Assembly (NCBI GenBank): GCA_009859145.1
Contig: VRVR01000010.1
Span: forward strand, 99,330 to 163,329
Source of the DNA: Andalucia godoyi And28
Lineage: Eukaryota > Protista > Jakobida
Reading direction: 5' to 3'
Length of the DNA stretch: 64,000 nt
Shown here: piece by piece, positions 32,044 to 43,387 of the stretch
How the letters are laid out: each line of letters starts with the position of its first letter
Position numbering within the stretch: position 1 is the stretch's first letter
Notes under the pieces: model-generated
Databases searched by the model: none
Told to the model about the DNA's origin: nothing
What the model saw: only the letters and a program-made list of their open reading frames with translations
Made by a program: the position numbers and the translations under genes

Positions 32044-32640
32044 TTACTCGTCGGCCTTGGCCTTCTTCTCCTTGAGTTTTTGGCGAACACCGACCAATCG
32101 AACATCGGCGCGGAGCTTGCGGACAAGCGAGTATGCCTCTGCCTTCTTATCCTCCTCAGTGATGGCGCGTGCCTCGACCTTGGGCTTGGGCTTTGCAATC
32201 GGGAGCACATTCTTATCCGTGTTCTGGGCAACAGCCTGGTACTCTGCGGCCTTGACCTTGCGGGGGAAAACAGTGATGTTGGCAAGGTACTGCTTCAAGC
32301 GCTGGACATTGTCCTCCTTAACCTCGACAGAGGCGTTGCGGCGGCGGTGGTCAAGAGCGATTCCAATGGTCTTGGCGTACGGGAGCGTAAGGCCGGCACC
32401 CTTGACCTCGTCCTTGGTGAATCCACGTCCCAAGCGAACCTTGGTGTTGTAGCGGACAGTCGGTGCGTGAACGGCAGGGCGGAGCTGGCCAAGGGGGCGC
32501 GGGAAAACGGCGGCGGCCTTGTCTGCGCGTGCACGACGGCGGCGTTCCTTCCGTGCAGGCTGGTTGAACCATGTGCGGATGCGCATGAACCAGTGCTTGC
32601 GGAAATGCTGGTTAGGAATGACTTGGTTGCCTTTCACCAT
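32044..32640 (-). CDS. RPL13: 60S ribosomal protein L13 (eL13)
   Basis: MVKGNQVIPNQHFRKHW...WFNQPARK...RYNTKVRLGRGFT...DHRRRN. Confidence 0.97.
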   Translation of the reverse strand: MVKGNQVIPNQHFRKHWFMRIRTWFNQPARKERRRRARADKAAAVFPRPLGQLRPAVHAPTVRYNTKVRLGRGFTKDEVKGAGLTLPYAKTIGIALDHRRRNASVEVKEDNVQRLKQYLANITVFPRKVKAAEYQAVAQNTDKNVLPIAKPKPKVEARAITEEDKKAEAYSLVRKLRADVRLVGVRQKLKEKKAKADE

Positions 32641-32853
32641 CTTGTCGAGTCTTGAGCAGAATAAAAATTTTAAGAAATGCCAAAGAAAAGGAAAAGAAGA
32701 AGAAGAAGAAGAAGAAGAAGAAGAGAGAGAGAGAGAGAGAGAGAGAAAGAAAGAGGAAAACACAGAGTTTGTTCAGAAAACGCAATCAAAGGACGCCTCC
32801 CAACTTGGAACCCCTTCACCAACAATAAAAAAAGAGAGAAAAAGGCTTAAAGG

Positions 32854-32983
32854 ACTAGGGTTAGCCTTTTGTGCACTAAAATAAAATGTCCCTCGTGGAG
32901 CATCGAAGCCGGTCGAAATATCAAAGGTGGAAAATGGGGGGAAACTGAAAGAAAGGGAAAAAGACAGCATAGACCTAGGGTTA
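32854..32983 (-). promoter_or_regulatory. Two telo-box-like motifs (CTAACCCTAG at 32854-32863, TAACCCTAGG at 32974-32983) upstream of RPL13
   Basis: Read directly from sequence; they share the ACCCTAG core with the RPS16 element. Confidence 0.55.
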
Positions 32984-33243
32984 CGAGAGTTCCACATGAA
33001 AAAGAAAACGTCTTCTCGTTGTTAGCGTAACTACTCCCCGGCCGGATCTTGCAGAATCCTTTTCTTTTTGAAATTTGCCGGACTGCACGGACAAGCGTGC
33101 ACCCGCCGTTTTCCCTTTGCCCGCCCCCGTCCGCAAAGCCCCCAAACGGATAAACGAATCTCTGAGAATCATTTTTTCCTCGTTCTTGTTGTTTTTTGCT
33201 GTTGGTGTGTTTTGACTTTCGCTATAAAAGCCTTTCCTTGTCT

Positions 33244-33298
33244 TTGTTCTTGTTCTTGTTCTTGTTCTTGTTCTTGTTCTTGTTCTTGTTCTTGTTCT
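33244..33298. repeat. (TTGTTC)n hexamer repeat in the 5' region of the 33439 gene
   Basis: Read directly from sequence. Confidence 0.9.
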
Positions 33299-33438
33299 AG
33301 TTCTTTTTGGCTTTTCCTTCTGTTAACTTTTTTTCCCCCCTTTCCTTCTTCCTGTACTCACTCGTTTTTCCTTTCGTATTTGTTGTGCTCAGAGAGGAAG
33401 AAAGGCTTTGACGAAGAGAGAACGGGGAAATCACGAAA

Positions 33439-36400
33439 ATGACAAACAAGGCGAGTCTTGTTTTCGGCTTGCTTGTCCTCACTTCAGCGTTCGCGGTTCT
33501 GAATGCGCAGACGGCAGTCAAGGTTGGAGAGCCTGTGGATGTTGCAGCGGGCTCCAGCTTTGTGCTGACTGGTCTTTCGCAGAGCGCTCTTTCTGGAGTG
33601 TTTCTTGATATCCGCATTGCCCAAACCCTGAATCCGGTTGTTGCAAACCTCAAGTTTGTGGTCGCGAACAGCGGCGGATCGAATGCAAACTACTTCAATG
33701 GAAGCGCGTATTGGTCCATGTACTCTGCTTCGGCAAAGGACACCAGCATGCAGTGCGTCTTGTCGCAGACCACGAATTCATCGACGTATGCTGGACTGAC
33801 GCAGTGTGTGTACACGGGTGTTACCGTTGCGAACGCAGTGTTTTCCATCGAGCCAAACACATTTGCGTATACTGTGATGTGGGAGCTTGCAGCCGATCGG
33901 TCTGACAAGGTTCCGACTGTGCGCCAGGGACTTCTGAAAGCCCTGATCTTTTTGGGTGCGTTTACGGGATTTGCAGTTGCTGTTGCTGTGTTCCGCTGCC
34001 TGTGTTTGCCGGTGCGAAGATGGTGGAGAATCCGAAAGTACACGAAGAGAATCGATCCTTGGGATGCATCGTCAAAGTACATTGTTGTCCATTGGATGAC
34101 ATCGTGGTTCAAATACCGCAAACCGATCGTGTTCAAGAGAAGCTCCATCCAGGGTGCGGAGCTCATTGCAATGCTTCAGAAATTGGATAATGATTCGACG
34201 GGGCTTGTGGATGGAAAGACACGACGGAAGATCGAGTTGACAGATACGTTTGCAGTGCCAGAGTCGGAAAAGAGCATGGAGCTGTATCTCGAATCCACGT
34301 GTGCAAAGTACAAGCTGGGAGGAAAGAAGCGCAAGGGTGTGTGGTTTGCATGCTGGACCACGATTTTGGCCTTTTCGTCTGTTTTTGCAGTTCCCTTCTT
34401 CAAGCTGAGAAGACTGCGTGAGCGACTGGGTGCTGCACTGTTTCTCGGATTCGTGCTGTTCTTCATTTCGATCCCCGTGTGCGTTGCCCTCGGTTTCTTC
34501 TTGGACAAATATGTCTGCACGTATAACTGCTGCACGTTCAATCGTTTCCGAAAGGATATTTCGACCGAGGTGAATGCCGACAAGTCGCTATCTGCCGTCA
34601 TTATCGACAAGAAATACTACTGCTACGATGACCTTACGGATGCGAAGTACACTTGCTTCTTTGGAAACTCGGGAACCAGTGGTTCCTTGTCTGGAATCGT
34701 CGATGATATCTGCATTGGATATCAGCAAACGGGAATTCTTGTCGTGTGGTGCATTTTCTATGCGTTGTTCATTGCTTCATTCTATTTCATGTACGACATT
34801 TATAAGGCGTATGCACGACGCCTGTCCCTCCGTCGTCTTGCTTCCCATCACTTGGAGTTTGGCGTTTCTAACGCATCCGCTGTCAAGTCGCCCCTGTCTT
34901 CTCAGGGCTCTGGACGCTCCTTTGCGGGTTCTCAAGGTGGTGGCATTGCCCCCAGCTCGCCCACCAACCAGCCTTTGCTGGGTTCTCAGTCGAATCCGTA
35001 TGCTGTGCCAGGAAGCCCGCCTCCTGCTGCCTCCAACTCCGGCGCTACCGCTTTCCCGAGCGCTGCGTCGGATTCCAACAGCAATGCTGGAGTCTACGTT
35101 CGGGCCGATCCGTCGAATCGAAAGCCGCTGGATGACGCTGGCGCGAACTGGAAGGGCACCGCTGTAAGCATCGGAAATCGTTTGAAGAACATGACCAGCT
35201 CGATGACGTCGCCAGACGCTGCTGTTCTGTCGGAGATTCAGCAATTCCTTGCTGCTACCGATCGTTGCACCGTTGGACTGAATCCTGCGAACGGTGTGGC
35301 TGGTGCAGTGACTGTTCCGCTGAACAATTTCTTGGCAATGTTGGTGGATCGCTCGCATGTGCCGCTCGATTTCCATGGACAAAGAATCATGTTTGGAGAG
35401 GCTCCGCCGAAGAAGACCTGGAGGAACTACGTGCCGTTCGGCAAATGCCTGTTTGGTCCGAACTTCGTGAACAATGGTGCACCCGGTGTTGGTCCGGGCA
35501 TGGTTCTTGATCCTGAATACAAGCAGCAGCCTGCGAATGCAAAGTTCTCGGAGGACTACGTGATTGCAGTTGTCAAATTTGCGCGCCGCCTGTTTTCCGC
35601 ACGAGGAGAGAATGGTGAGGCTCTTCAGATTAATGAGATCGCAAGATCATTGGCATATCTTGCGCTTGTGTCTCTGCGACGCCCCGCATTGCAGATCGAA
35701 ATCCTGACGTTTATGTGCGAGATGCTGGATGAGTGCAGACGGTCGCACTTCGCGTACTACTCGGCGTTCTTTTCCGTCTTTTCGACAGTGCAGACTCTGG
35801 CATTTTTGCACGGCTCTTCTCGGGTTGCAAACAAGGAAGCCCTTGTCCAGGATCCGTCAGGAAAAACATGCTCGTTTACCCCAGTGAATGTGGGGCTCCT
35901 CACGGCATGCGCCAATGTTCTTGCTGTTTTCACGCGTTACGACGATCCGTCCACGAGCAAGCGCCGTGTGCAGTATTTCATGCAGCGCGATGGAATTGGT
36001 ATTCTGCACCAGATGCTCGAGAACTCCAATGACCATGCGCCAATTGTTGACGCGGTTGCACGGACATTTTCGAACTTTGATCTGGAGTATGACATTCATG
36101 TGAATGGCATCTTCCAGTCGCGCAAGTGGGTGAACAAGATCACTCCGCAAACGATCGCGCTGCGACTCATTGCAAAGCGAGCTCTTTCTGAGCGTGATCC
36201 CAAGAAGTACCGCAAAGAAATGAAGAAGAAGGATAAGGAAATGAAGAAAAAAGCCAAGGAATCAAGTCCCGGCTTCATGGCAACGACAATGAACAAGATC
36301 AAGGCCTTTGCAGGAGGCGGCGCGTCGGGAGCGAATAACAAGAACACGCAACCTGGTTCTGCCGCTTCGACGAACAGCGCAAACGCCTCTGCAGATGCGA

Positions 36401-37158
36401 GTACACCAATTCAGAGCGAGTATCAGCAGCGATCGTTGACGGTGTACTACAACAATTTATTCGATTCGTTTGTTGCACGGTGTGCGCAAGTACTGAGTGC
36501 AAATCCTTCACGTCCCACTGTCGAACATATTGCTGACGGTATGGCTGTTCTTGTCGCTGCGTATGCAGATCGTAATGCCTTGATTCGCGAAGGACGCATC
36601 CAGCGGCTCATTCGAAACCGCAATGAGAGCCATTTGTTCGATGGGATCTTTGGTATTTATCACCAGAATACCGATTCTGCGGTGGTTGCCCGCGCATTCT
36701 CTCGCATGTGTTCGATCTTTGTTCGTTTGAATATTGGTTCTGCCACGGAATGCGCGTATCGAAATGTTGTACAACTCTTGCTGGACATCATCAACCGCTC
36801 CAAGGACGACTTGACGGTTGACTTTGCCATCCGCGCTTTGTGGGAAATCTCAAAGTACGAGGCCGTATTGTTTAGCTTCATGCGCGGCCGAGAAGATCTT
36901 GTGAAGGCTGTGCAGGCTGTCGTGGAGCGCCGCAATTCGCAGCGACCGCGGTCTTCGAGTGCGATTCCTGCGAGCATTTTTAATTTCAAGATGGGTGGAA
37001 AGAAGGAGCATTCGCTTGACTTCAGCACCTCCAAGGCACTGCTCAGCCGCTTGACCCGGTTCATTTTGAATGGAACTCGTGCGACATCAAAGAAGTCTTC
37101 GCCAGATCTGAAAGGAGAGAAGGTGAAGTACAAGCTGGCTGCCCGAATCCCGCTCTAA
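33439..37158 (+). CDS. Large multi-pass membrane protein of unknown family (signal peptide, about 4 TM segments, Cys-rich loop, helical/ARM-like cytosolic C-terminus)
   Basis: 1239-aa ORF with a hydrophobic N-terminus (ASLVFGLLVLTSAFAVLNA), several hydrophobic stretches and a long helical C-terminal region. Confidence 0.85.
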   Translation: MTNKASLVFGLLVLTSAFAVLNAQTAVKVGEPVDVAAGSSFVLTGLSQSALSGVFLDIRIAQTLNPVVANLKFVVANSGGSNANYFNGSAYWSMYSASAKDTSMQCVLSQTTNSSTYAGLTQCVYTGVTVANAVFSIEPNTFAYTVMWELAADRSDKVPTVRQGLLKALIFLGAFTGFAVAVAVFRCLCLPVRRWWRIRKYTKRIDPWDASSKYIVVHWMTSWFKYRKPIVFKRSSIQGAELIAMLQKLDNDSTGLVDGKTRRKIELTDTFAVPESEKSMELYLESTCAKYKLGGKKRKGVWFACWTTILAFSSVFAVPFFKLRRLRERLGAALFLGFVLFFISIPVCVALGFFLDKYVCTYNCCTFNRFRKDISTEVNADKSLSAVIIDKKYYCYDDLTDAKYTCFFGNSGTSGSLSGIVDDICIGYQQTGILVVWCIFYALFIASFYFMYDIYKAYARRLSLRRLASHHLEFGVSNASAVKSPLSSQGSGRSFAGSQGGGIAPSSPTNQPLLGSQSNPYAVPGSPPPAASNSGATAFPSAASDSNSNAGVYVRADPSNRKPLDDAGANWKGTAVSIGNRLKNMTSSMTSPDAAVLSEIQQFLAATDRCTVGLNPANGVAGAVTVPLNNFLAMLVDRSHVPLDFHGQRIMFGEAPPKKTWRNYVPFGKCLFGPNFVNNGAPGVGPGMVLDPEYKQQPANAKFSEDYVIAVVKFARRLFSARGENGEALQINEIARSLAYLALVSLRRPALQIEILTFMCEMLDECRRSHFAYYSAFFSVFSTVQTLAFLHGSSRVANKEALVQDPSGKTCSFTPVNVGLLTACANVLAVFTRYDDPSTSKRRVQYFMQRDGIGILHQMLENSNDHAPIVDAVARTFSNFDLEYDIHVNGIFQSRKWVNKITPQTIALRLIAKRALSERDPKKYRKEMKKKDKEMKKKAKESSPGFMATTMNKIKAFAGGGASGANNKNTQPGSAASTNSANASADASTPIQSEYQQRSLTVYYNNLFDSFVARCAQVLSANPSRPTVEHIADGMAVLVAAYADRNALIREGRIQRLIRNRNESHLFDGIFGIYHQNTDSAVVARAFSRMCSIFVRLNIGSATECAYRNVVQLLLDIINRSKDDLTVDFAIRALWEISKYEAVLFSFMRGREDLVKAVQAVVERRNSQRPRSSSAIPASIFNFKMGGKKEHSLDFSTSKALLSRLTRFILNGTRATSKKSSPDLKGEKVKYKLAARIPL

Positions 37159-37501
37159 AAGCCGTTCCTTTCCCACCTATCCTCTTCTTCTTTCCTTTTC
37201 CTCTTCCTTTTCCTCTTCTTGTTATTCAGTACTTGTTTTCGTAGTAACATTTGTAGTCTCCGTCTTCATCTTGTTTGAATTTCATAGAAGTATGTTTTTA
37301 TGGTGTAAAATCGTTTTCTATCGTTTCCTTCTTTATTTTTGTAAATTTATTTATGTATTATTATTTATTTATTTATTTATTTTATTTGGTTGTTGCTTGA
37401 TTGTTATTTAATCTTCTTAAAAATTAATATGATGTTATGATTATCTCTAACTTTCCTCGTTGAGGCTATCGCAGCAAAAAGTGTGCCCACGCACGCGCTC
37501 C

Positions 37502-38410
37502 TCATCGCCCAGTCTTTGCACGATCCAAGCACTTCGAGTAAAACTCGAGTGCAGCAGAGATAATGAGAGTTTGCGGAATCTGCCGTGTGGCTGACGCCAT
37601 GGCACCTTTGTAGAACCCCAGCGGTCCGTGATCCTTTAATGTTCGGACTGCACAATCCACGACACCCTTGTACTGACTGGCTGACGAACTCATGAGCCTC
37701 GACTTCAGCACATCTGCCGGATTCGCAAGCAAGACTGCACCCACTCCGGCCAGCACTCCAGCCGACGCAACTTCCAACGCCTCTGCTTTCCGATCGAAAC
37801 CAAACACATGCGCATTTCTCAGCTGATTTCGAAACATCTCATAGAACCCCAGCTGGCCAGCAGTCACCAGTCCCGCTCGAACAATCGACGGTGTAGATCC
37901 TCTCCACAGCTCGCCAAAGCCGCTGCGAGCACTACCAAACCAGCGTGTCGCAAGCAGCCCCTCATTACTCCTGTTGCTGCTGCTGTTCACACTCAACTGC
38001 GTTCGCAAGAGCCATCGGTCCACCGGCGCACTCAAAAAGGAGGCAATGCATCCGGCGATAATCCCAGACGAGACCTTTCCCAGAGCCAATGACGGCAGTG
38101 ATGATGATGAAGTACTGTCAACTCCTCTTTCTCCAAATCCTCGCAAGGAATTGTAGAGAATCATTCTCGTCCCAGAGTATGAAGCATGTCGGATATACGC
38201 GATCGCAAGTCCACGATACAGCTTGAATCGTTGTTGTAGAATAATCGCCCTGATAGAAGGACTCGCCATGCTGCCTGTCGTCTGCAGCCGCGCCCGAATC
38301 GAATCAATCGGATGAGTCACGCTCGTTGCGGTGCATCCCGACACCACTCCAAGAACAAACATCTCAAGCGGAGTCTGACGATATCCCACAATCGAGTTCC
38401 CAGTCGACAT
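37502..38410 (-). CDS. Mitochondrial carrier (SLC25), dicarboxylate/oxoglutarate/UCP-like
   Basis: Three repeats with signatures HPIDSIRARLQ, APVDRWLLR (degenerate) and NPADVLKSRLM; substrate-contact-like segments RHASYSGTR and RAGLVTAGQLGFYE. Confidence 0.9.
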   Translation of the reverse strand: MSTGNSIVGYRQTPLEMFVLGVVSGCTATSVTHPIDSIRARLQTTGSMASPSIRAIILQQRFKLYRGLAIAYIRHASYSGTRMILYNSLRGFGERGVDSTSSSSLPSLALGKVSSGIIAGCIASFLSAPVDRWLLRTQLSVNSSSNRSNEGLLATRWFGSARSGFGELWRGSTPSIVRAGLVTAGQLGFYEMFRNQLRNAHVFGFDRKAEALEVASAGVLAGVGAVLLANPADVLKSRLMSSSASQYKGVVDCAVRTLKDHGPLGFYKGAMASATRQIPQTLIISAALEFYSKCLDRAKTGR

Positions 38411-38424
38411 GATGACTCTGCGAA

Positions 38425-38519
38425 CACACTCACACTCACACACTCACACTCACACTCACACTCACACTCACACTCACACTCACACTCACACTCACACACA
38501 CACACACACACACACACAC
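38425..38519. repeat. (CACACT)n(CA)n microsatellite upstream of the carrier gene
   Basis: Read directly from sequence. Confidence 0.9.
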
Positions 38520-39015
38520 GTTGACACCAAAAACGGACTCTAATCTGCACGGTTTCCTTTGGTTTCAACCAAACAATCGGGGAATATCCTCCGCAGTTTA
38601 TTCCCCGCTAGAAGCATGAAGATCCGGCAAAAGATGATGCATCACGTGATCCTAGCATCGCACCCTGCCTTCCTTTCTGTTATCTCAATAGGGAATTAGG
38701 GAAAACAGTGCTTCTTCTGTCGTCTGGATTTCTGACTGTGTTTTCGACACAGCAAGAAGCCTAAGCCAGATATAGACACACAAATACACCCAGAGAGACA
38801 AAGAGAAAGACAGAGAGAGACAGAGAGAGATAGACAAGACTGGCAACAAAGAAAGAGTGTTCATTCGTTTATTCTGTGTCCTTTCTTCTTTCTTCTTTCT
38901 TCTTTTCCTGTTCTTTTATTATTTCTAATTTATCTTTAATTATATCGTAGTATCGTTATTTCTTGGGTGGTTTTTGTAGAGAGGTTCTTTGAGGTGTTTT
39001 TATTAGTAGCGGTTA

Positions 39016-39605
39016 ATGCAGCCTTCCGGAGGGCCTCAGCAACCACTAGGTGCGTTCCAGAGTCATTTGCATAACTCCTCTGCTGGTGTTCCTACTCCTA
39101 ACCCTCATCCTAATCCTAATGTGAATACCAGCATTGGAAATATTGGAAACAGTAATAATTTTCTCTCGCAAAATCTTGCTTCTTCGATTAATCCAACTGT
39201 CTTGGCTGCAATGCAAGCGTCCTACATGCAACAGCAGCAGCAGCAGGTGGCAGCTCAAGCGCAACAAAGGCAGAATGCAAGCAGCATCCAATTTGCACAA
39301 ATGGGGTTTATTCCAAACAATAGTACGAATTCCATGGCTGCGAATAGTGGGAATGCTCTCAATCATGGCAATTTTCAGTCTTTTCAAGGTGGGCAAGCTG
39401 GATTCATTCCGAACTCTTTGAGCGGCAGCAGCAGCAGTGGTGGTGGTGGTGGTGGTAATGCGACAATGCAGAATCAACAGCTGTTGGCCGCATTGATGAA
39501 TAATCCCGTGGCGATGCAGAACCTCGCCATGATGGGTCCTTCATTTTCACTTCCTCCTCAAATACAACAGCATTTACTAATGTTGCAGCAATTTCAACAG
39601 CTCCA

Positions 39606-39636
<31 letters not shown>

Positions 39637-41244
39637 CAACAACAACAACAACAACAACTCCAGCAGCAGCAACAACAACATGCGGCAGCTGCCCAAGCGC
39701 AACCACAGCAACAGCATTGGAAGCCTGATTCTACAAAGAAGCCCTCCAAGTCAAAGGGAAAATCTGCATTGATGAGTGCGGCTCCTCCAGTGAGTTCTGC
39801 ACTGTTTTCTGGGATGGCGGGTTCGTCGGCGATTTCGCTACAAGCGGCACCTGAAGCGACGCCGGGCTTCATGCCCAGCGTTGATAATGCAAAACCTCAA
39901 ATTGCTACGAATTTAGCGTCGGGTTCTCAGCAACCTAACATTGTGCAATTGCAACAACAACAACAGCAACAATCGCAGGCTGCACAAGCGCAAGCTGTGC
40001 AGAATGTCGTGGCTGCACGTCTGTTCCATCAGCAGCAATTGGCGCACTTTATGGCTTCGCAGGGGAATGCAGTGCCCTCTTCTTCGTTGGCCACTACATC
40101 CTCAAAAGACCTTTCCGTCGCTGTAGGCCCAGGCGGGATAAGCATGCCAGCGTCCGCATCTGTGGCGTCTTCAAGCATTTCCCCGCCGCAGTCACAGCCA
40201 CAACCACAACCACTGCCGCAACCACAACCACAACCACAGCCACTGCCACTGGGGCATGAGCATCGTTCACCCCAATTACAACCACATGATGGACATGGCG
40301 GAGGACAGTGCTCGATTCCTGCGGCAGCCCTTCCTAAGGGGACGGCTGACATAGCTGCTGCATACCAAGCATCGGCTGTGCCTCATCAGTCGATTTTTGT
40401 AGGGCACGTACATGCTGATGGGGAGATACCGCATGGTGTCACGCACGGAGGAAAGAATTCCAAGAAAGCAGCGCCAGCACAGAAGCAACCGGCCAGCAAA
40501 TCCGCTCGTTTTCCAGATTACGCACTTCCGTTTCAGAGTGTGCAGGATCTCAAGAATCGAATGCTAGTGTACGCCACAAAGAGTTCTGCTGTTCCTGCTC
40601 CTCCAGGGGGTGACCAGGAATTCTGGGACAAGTACGAGAAGGCGACGTCAGTGTACAAGGAGAAGATTCAGAAGATCTCGAAGAATCTCGTCAACTATGC
40701 CTCGTCTTTTCAGCACAAGGCCTTCCACTCGACAGACAAGCTCTTCTTTTTGCGAGTCCTATGTGGCGGCTATTCTATCCCTTTCGAGTCGATCCATTTC
40801 CCAAGCAAACCAGAAGACGCTGCGGTTGCAGAGGAATTCCCGTTGCCGAAGTGGTGCGTGTCTCATGAGGCCAATGGCTCCATTCAAGTTGGGAGCTCGG
40901 TGCCATCGGCTGTGAACGGCCTCGCAGAGGCTGCTGCAGCAGAGTTAACGGTAGGTAACACGAATGTAGAATCGACGAGCGAGGCCATGGAAGACGATGA
41001 TGACAGCCGCATCGCCAGCACAGCATACCTGCTCGCAGAAGAAGAACTACCACCGCCACAACAACAACAACAGCAACAGCACCAGCAGTTCTTTAAGGAC
41101 TCATTCGCCCCGCAGCCCAAAGCTGAAGAGCATTCTGCGTATCTCGACGACGCTCCTTTGACGATGCCCAGCGATCGCTCTGCTGCTGTCGTTTTGAAAG
41201 TGGAAGAGATTCGAGACGACAGTCTTGATGGCAACGCAAGCTGA
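39016..41244 (+). CDS. PolyQ/low-complexity (prion-like) protein with a small folded C-terminal segment, possibly a transcriptional co-regulator
   Basis: 742-aa ORF with long Q tracts and N/G/S-rich N-terminus; ordered segment RFPDYALPF...FLRVLCGGYSIPF. Confidence 0.75.
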
Positions 41245-41511
41245 TCAATTGATTTCGAACGAGCGTCTTATTATTTTTATTATTTATGATGGGAAATCCT
41301 GTTTCTTTTTTGAGTTTTTTTTGAGAGTTTTTTTTGTTTTGTTTTGTTTTGTTTTGGCGGAACTCCTAACTTTCGGCTTTCTTTTGTTTTGTTATATTTC
41401 CCATTGTTTTTGGGAGAGTGTGCATCATAAGTTGGATTCAGTCGCTTTGTAAATAACGAGTTGTCCGTTGCTCTTATTCCCCCCTCCTCTTCCGTTGCTG
41501 CACCTCGTATC

Positions 41512-43047
41512 TCATGCCCGTGGCTTCGTTTTCTGGATCACAAACTCGTCGACAAGTTTGTCATTCGAGTGTTCAAAGTACTGATAGAGAGCAGTGCCAT
41601 TAGAGAACAGCTGCAGTTTTCCATATCCATAGTCAAGCAACCGCTGTGCGGACCATGCAGGCGCAGGTTGTTCCCACGTTTCGTGGATAAAGGCACCGGC
41701 TGTGCCCTGCGTAATATACACAGGGGCTTGTGGATCAACGTACAAATTTGCCGAGGAGCCAGGCGAAGTGAGGACCTGTCCATTGTTGACAGGGTACGTT
41801 CTCTCATAGCAGTGCATATGTCCAGTCAAGACAAAGTCAACGTGGTACGTGTTAAACATTTCTTCCAGTGCAAGAAGCAGCCCGCATCCCGGCCGATGCG
41901 AATCATACTCGGACACATCCGAGTTGTACATGGGGCGGTGACCGGCAAAAAGTATCCAGTGCACGGTGGGATCGGACGACGCCTTTTTGAGCTCGGCATC
42001 TAAAAACACATGCTGCTCAGAGCCTCGTGCATAATTGTGCTCCGTACTCATATGCACAATGTAGACTGGGCCATAGCGAACCGACCACCAAAAATTACCA
42101 ACTGAACCCGGGGCAGACGGCATCTGGTATCGGTTTTTGTACGACGTGAAGTTGTAATACGACTCGTGGTTTCCTACTCCAGCCATCCAAGGCACACGCG
42201 ACGCAACCGGCTCAATCTGCTCTCCATAGATGTCCCAGATCGGCTCGATCTCTCCTTCTTCCTGCGACGACACTCCGGCATACGCAATGTCGCCCGCCAA
42301 GAGCACCAAATCAAATCTGTCCTTCAGATTATCGCGGTGGAGCTGGTTGGAAACCTCAAATCCAAACGGCGCCACTGTTCCCTGATCGCCAATCACCACC
42401 ATGTTCACCCGATCCACCTTGTCTGTAGCCAACGGACTCGAAACAAAGTCCATCACCTCGGAAAACGACTCTTCCTTTCCAGCACAATCACCCACGCGAT
42501 AATAGTATTTTGTGCGCGGTAACAAGTCTGTCATCACGGCCTCGTAAATAAATCCATGGAACCCAAGATGCCCAACATCGTACGTGTGCACCGATGCATT
42601 TGCAACGGACGACACCTGCGCAGAATGCACGCCGTACTGTGCACAAGGTGACTTTGTCTCGGTGTGTGTAATCCAGATGATCAGCATTGCAGACGGATCT
42701 GACGTCAGCGCAAGATGCAGCTGCTTTGGAACATCAGAGTCGATCCCAACGTTCATCAACCGATCCTTGCCTACCGCGAACTCATCCCACGAAATGTATC
42801 CGTCCATGTTATGATCCAGGCGAGAAAACAGCTCGCGTGCTTTCAGAACAGGCACATAATCATCAGGATCCATTCGCTCCAAGAAATGCACAAACTCTTC
42901 AAACGACACTCGACCATCCGAGTCAATCGCATCCAAACGCCGATCGAAAAACATCTTCAAAAACGACACTTTCGGTCGTGCAAGAACCGCACTGACCAAA
43001 GCAACACTTAAAACTGCAACCACCAGCAACGTCCTTGCCATCGTCAT
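41512..43047 (-). CDS. Secreted purple acid phosphatase with N-terminal EF-hand pair
   Basis: Signal peptide; EF loops DAIDSDGRVSFEE and DHNMDGYISWDE; FN3-like PAP N-domain; metal motifs GDQG, GDIAY, GNHE, GHRPMY and GHMH. Confidence 0.92.
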   Translation of the reverse strand: MTMARTLLVVAVLSVALVSAVLARPKVSFLKMFFDRRLDAIDSDGRVSFEEFVHFLERMDPDDYVPVLKARELFSRLDHNMDGYISWDEFAVGKDRLMNVGIDSDVPKQLHLALTSDPSAMLIIWITHTETKSPCAQYGVHSAQVSSVANASVHTYDVGHLGFHGFIYEAVMTDLLPRTKYYYRVGDCAGKEESFSEVMDFVSSPLATDKVDRVNMVVIGDQGTVAPFGFEVSNQLHRDNLKDRFDLVLLAGDIAYAGVSSQEEGEIEPIWDIYGEQIEPVASRVPWMAGVGNHESYYNFTSYKNRYQMPSAPGSVGNFWWSVRYGPVYIVHMSTEHNYARGSEQHVFLDAELKKASSDPTVHWILFAGHRPMYNSDVSEYDSHRPGCGLLLALEEMFNTYHVDFVLTGHMHCYERTYPVNNGQVLTSPGSSANLYVDPQAPVYITQGTAGAFIHETWEQPAPAWSAQRLLDYGYGKLQLFSNGTALYQYFEHSNDKLVDEFVIQKTKPRA

Positions 43048-43387
43048 CTTCAATATGCAATATTATATATATATGACAAACTAACTAAGTAAGCGAGAGA
43101 CGACACCTCAAAAAGCCAAAAAGACTGCAAAGATAGGACCATTGAAAGGGCTGCCCTTAAGAGACTTGGGCAGCGGGCAATTTTCGGTCGCGGATATTTT
43201 TCGTCATGAAAATGACCAGCCGTAGTAGTATGACACTGAGAACAGTGAGCTGTCGATGTACTCTGGGGATTGAGAGGATCTCATCGAGAGCGTGAGCGTG
43301 AAGGAAAGAGCAGACCGCGTGATCGTAAGCGATTTTTTTTGGGGGGGAAGCGCGGGAAAGAGGAAAAGAGCGGAAAAGAGGAAAAGA

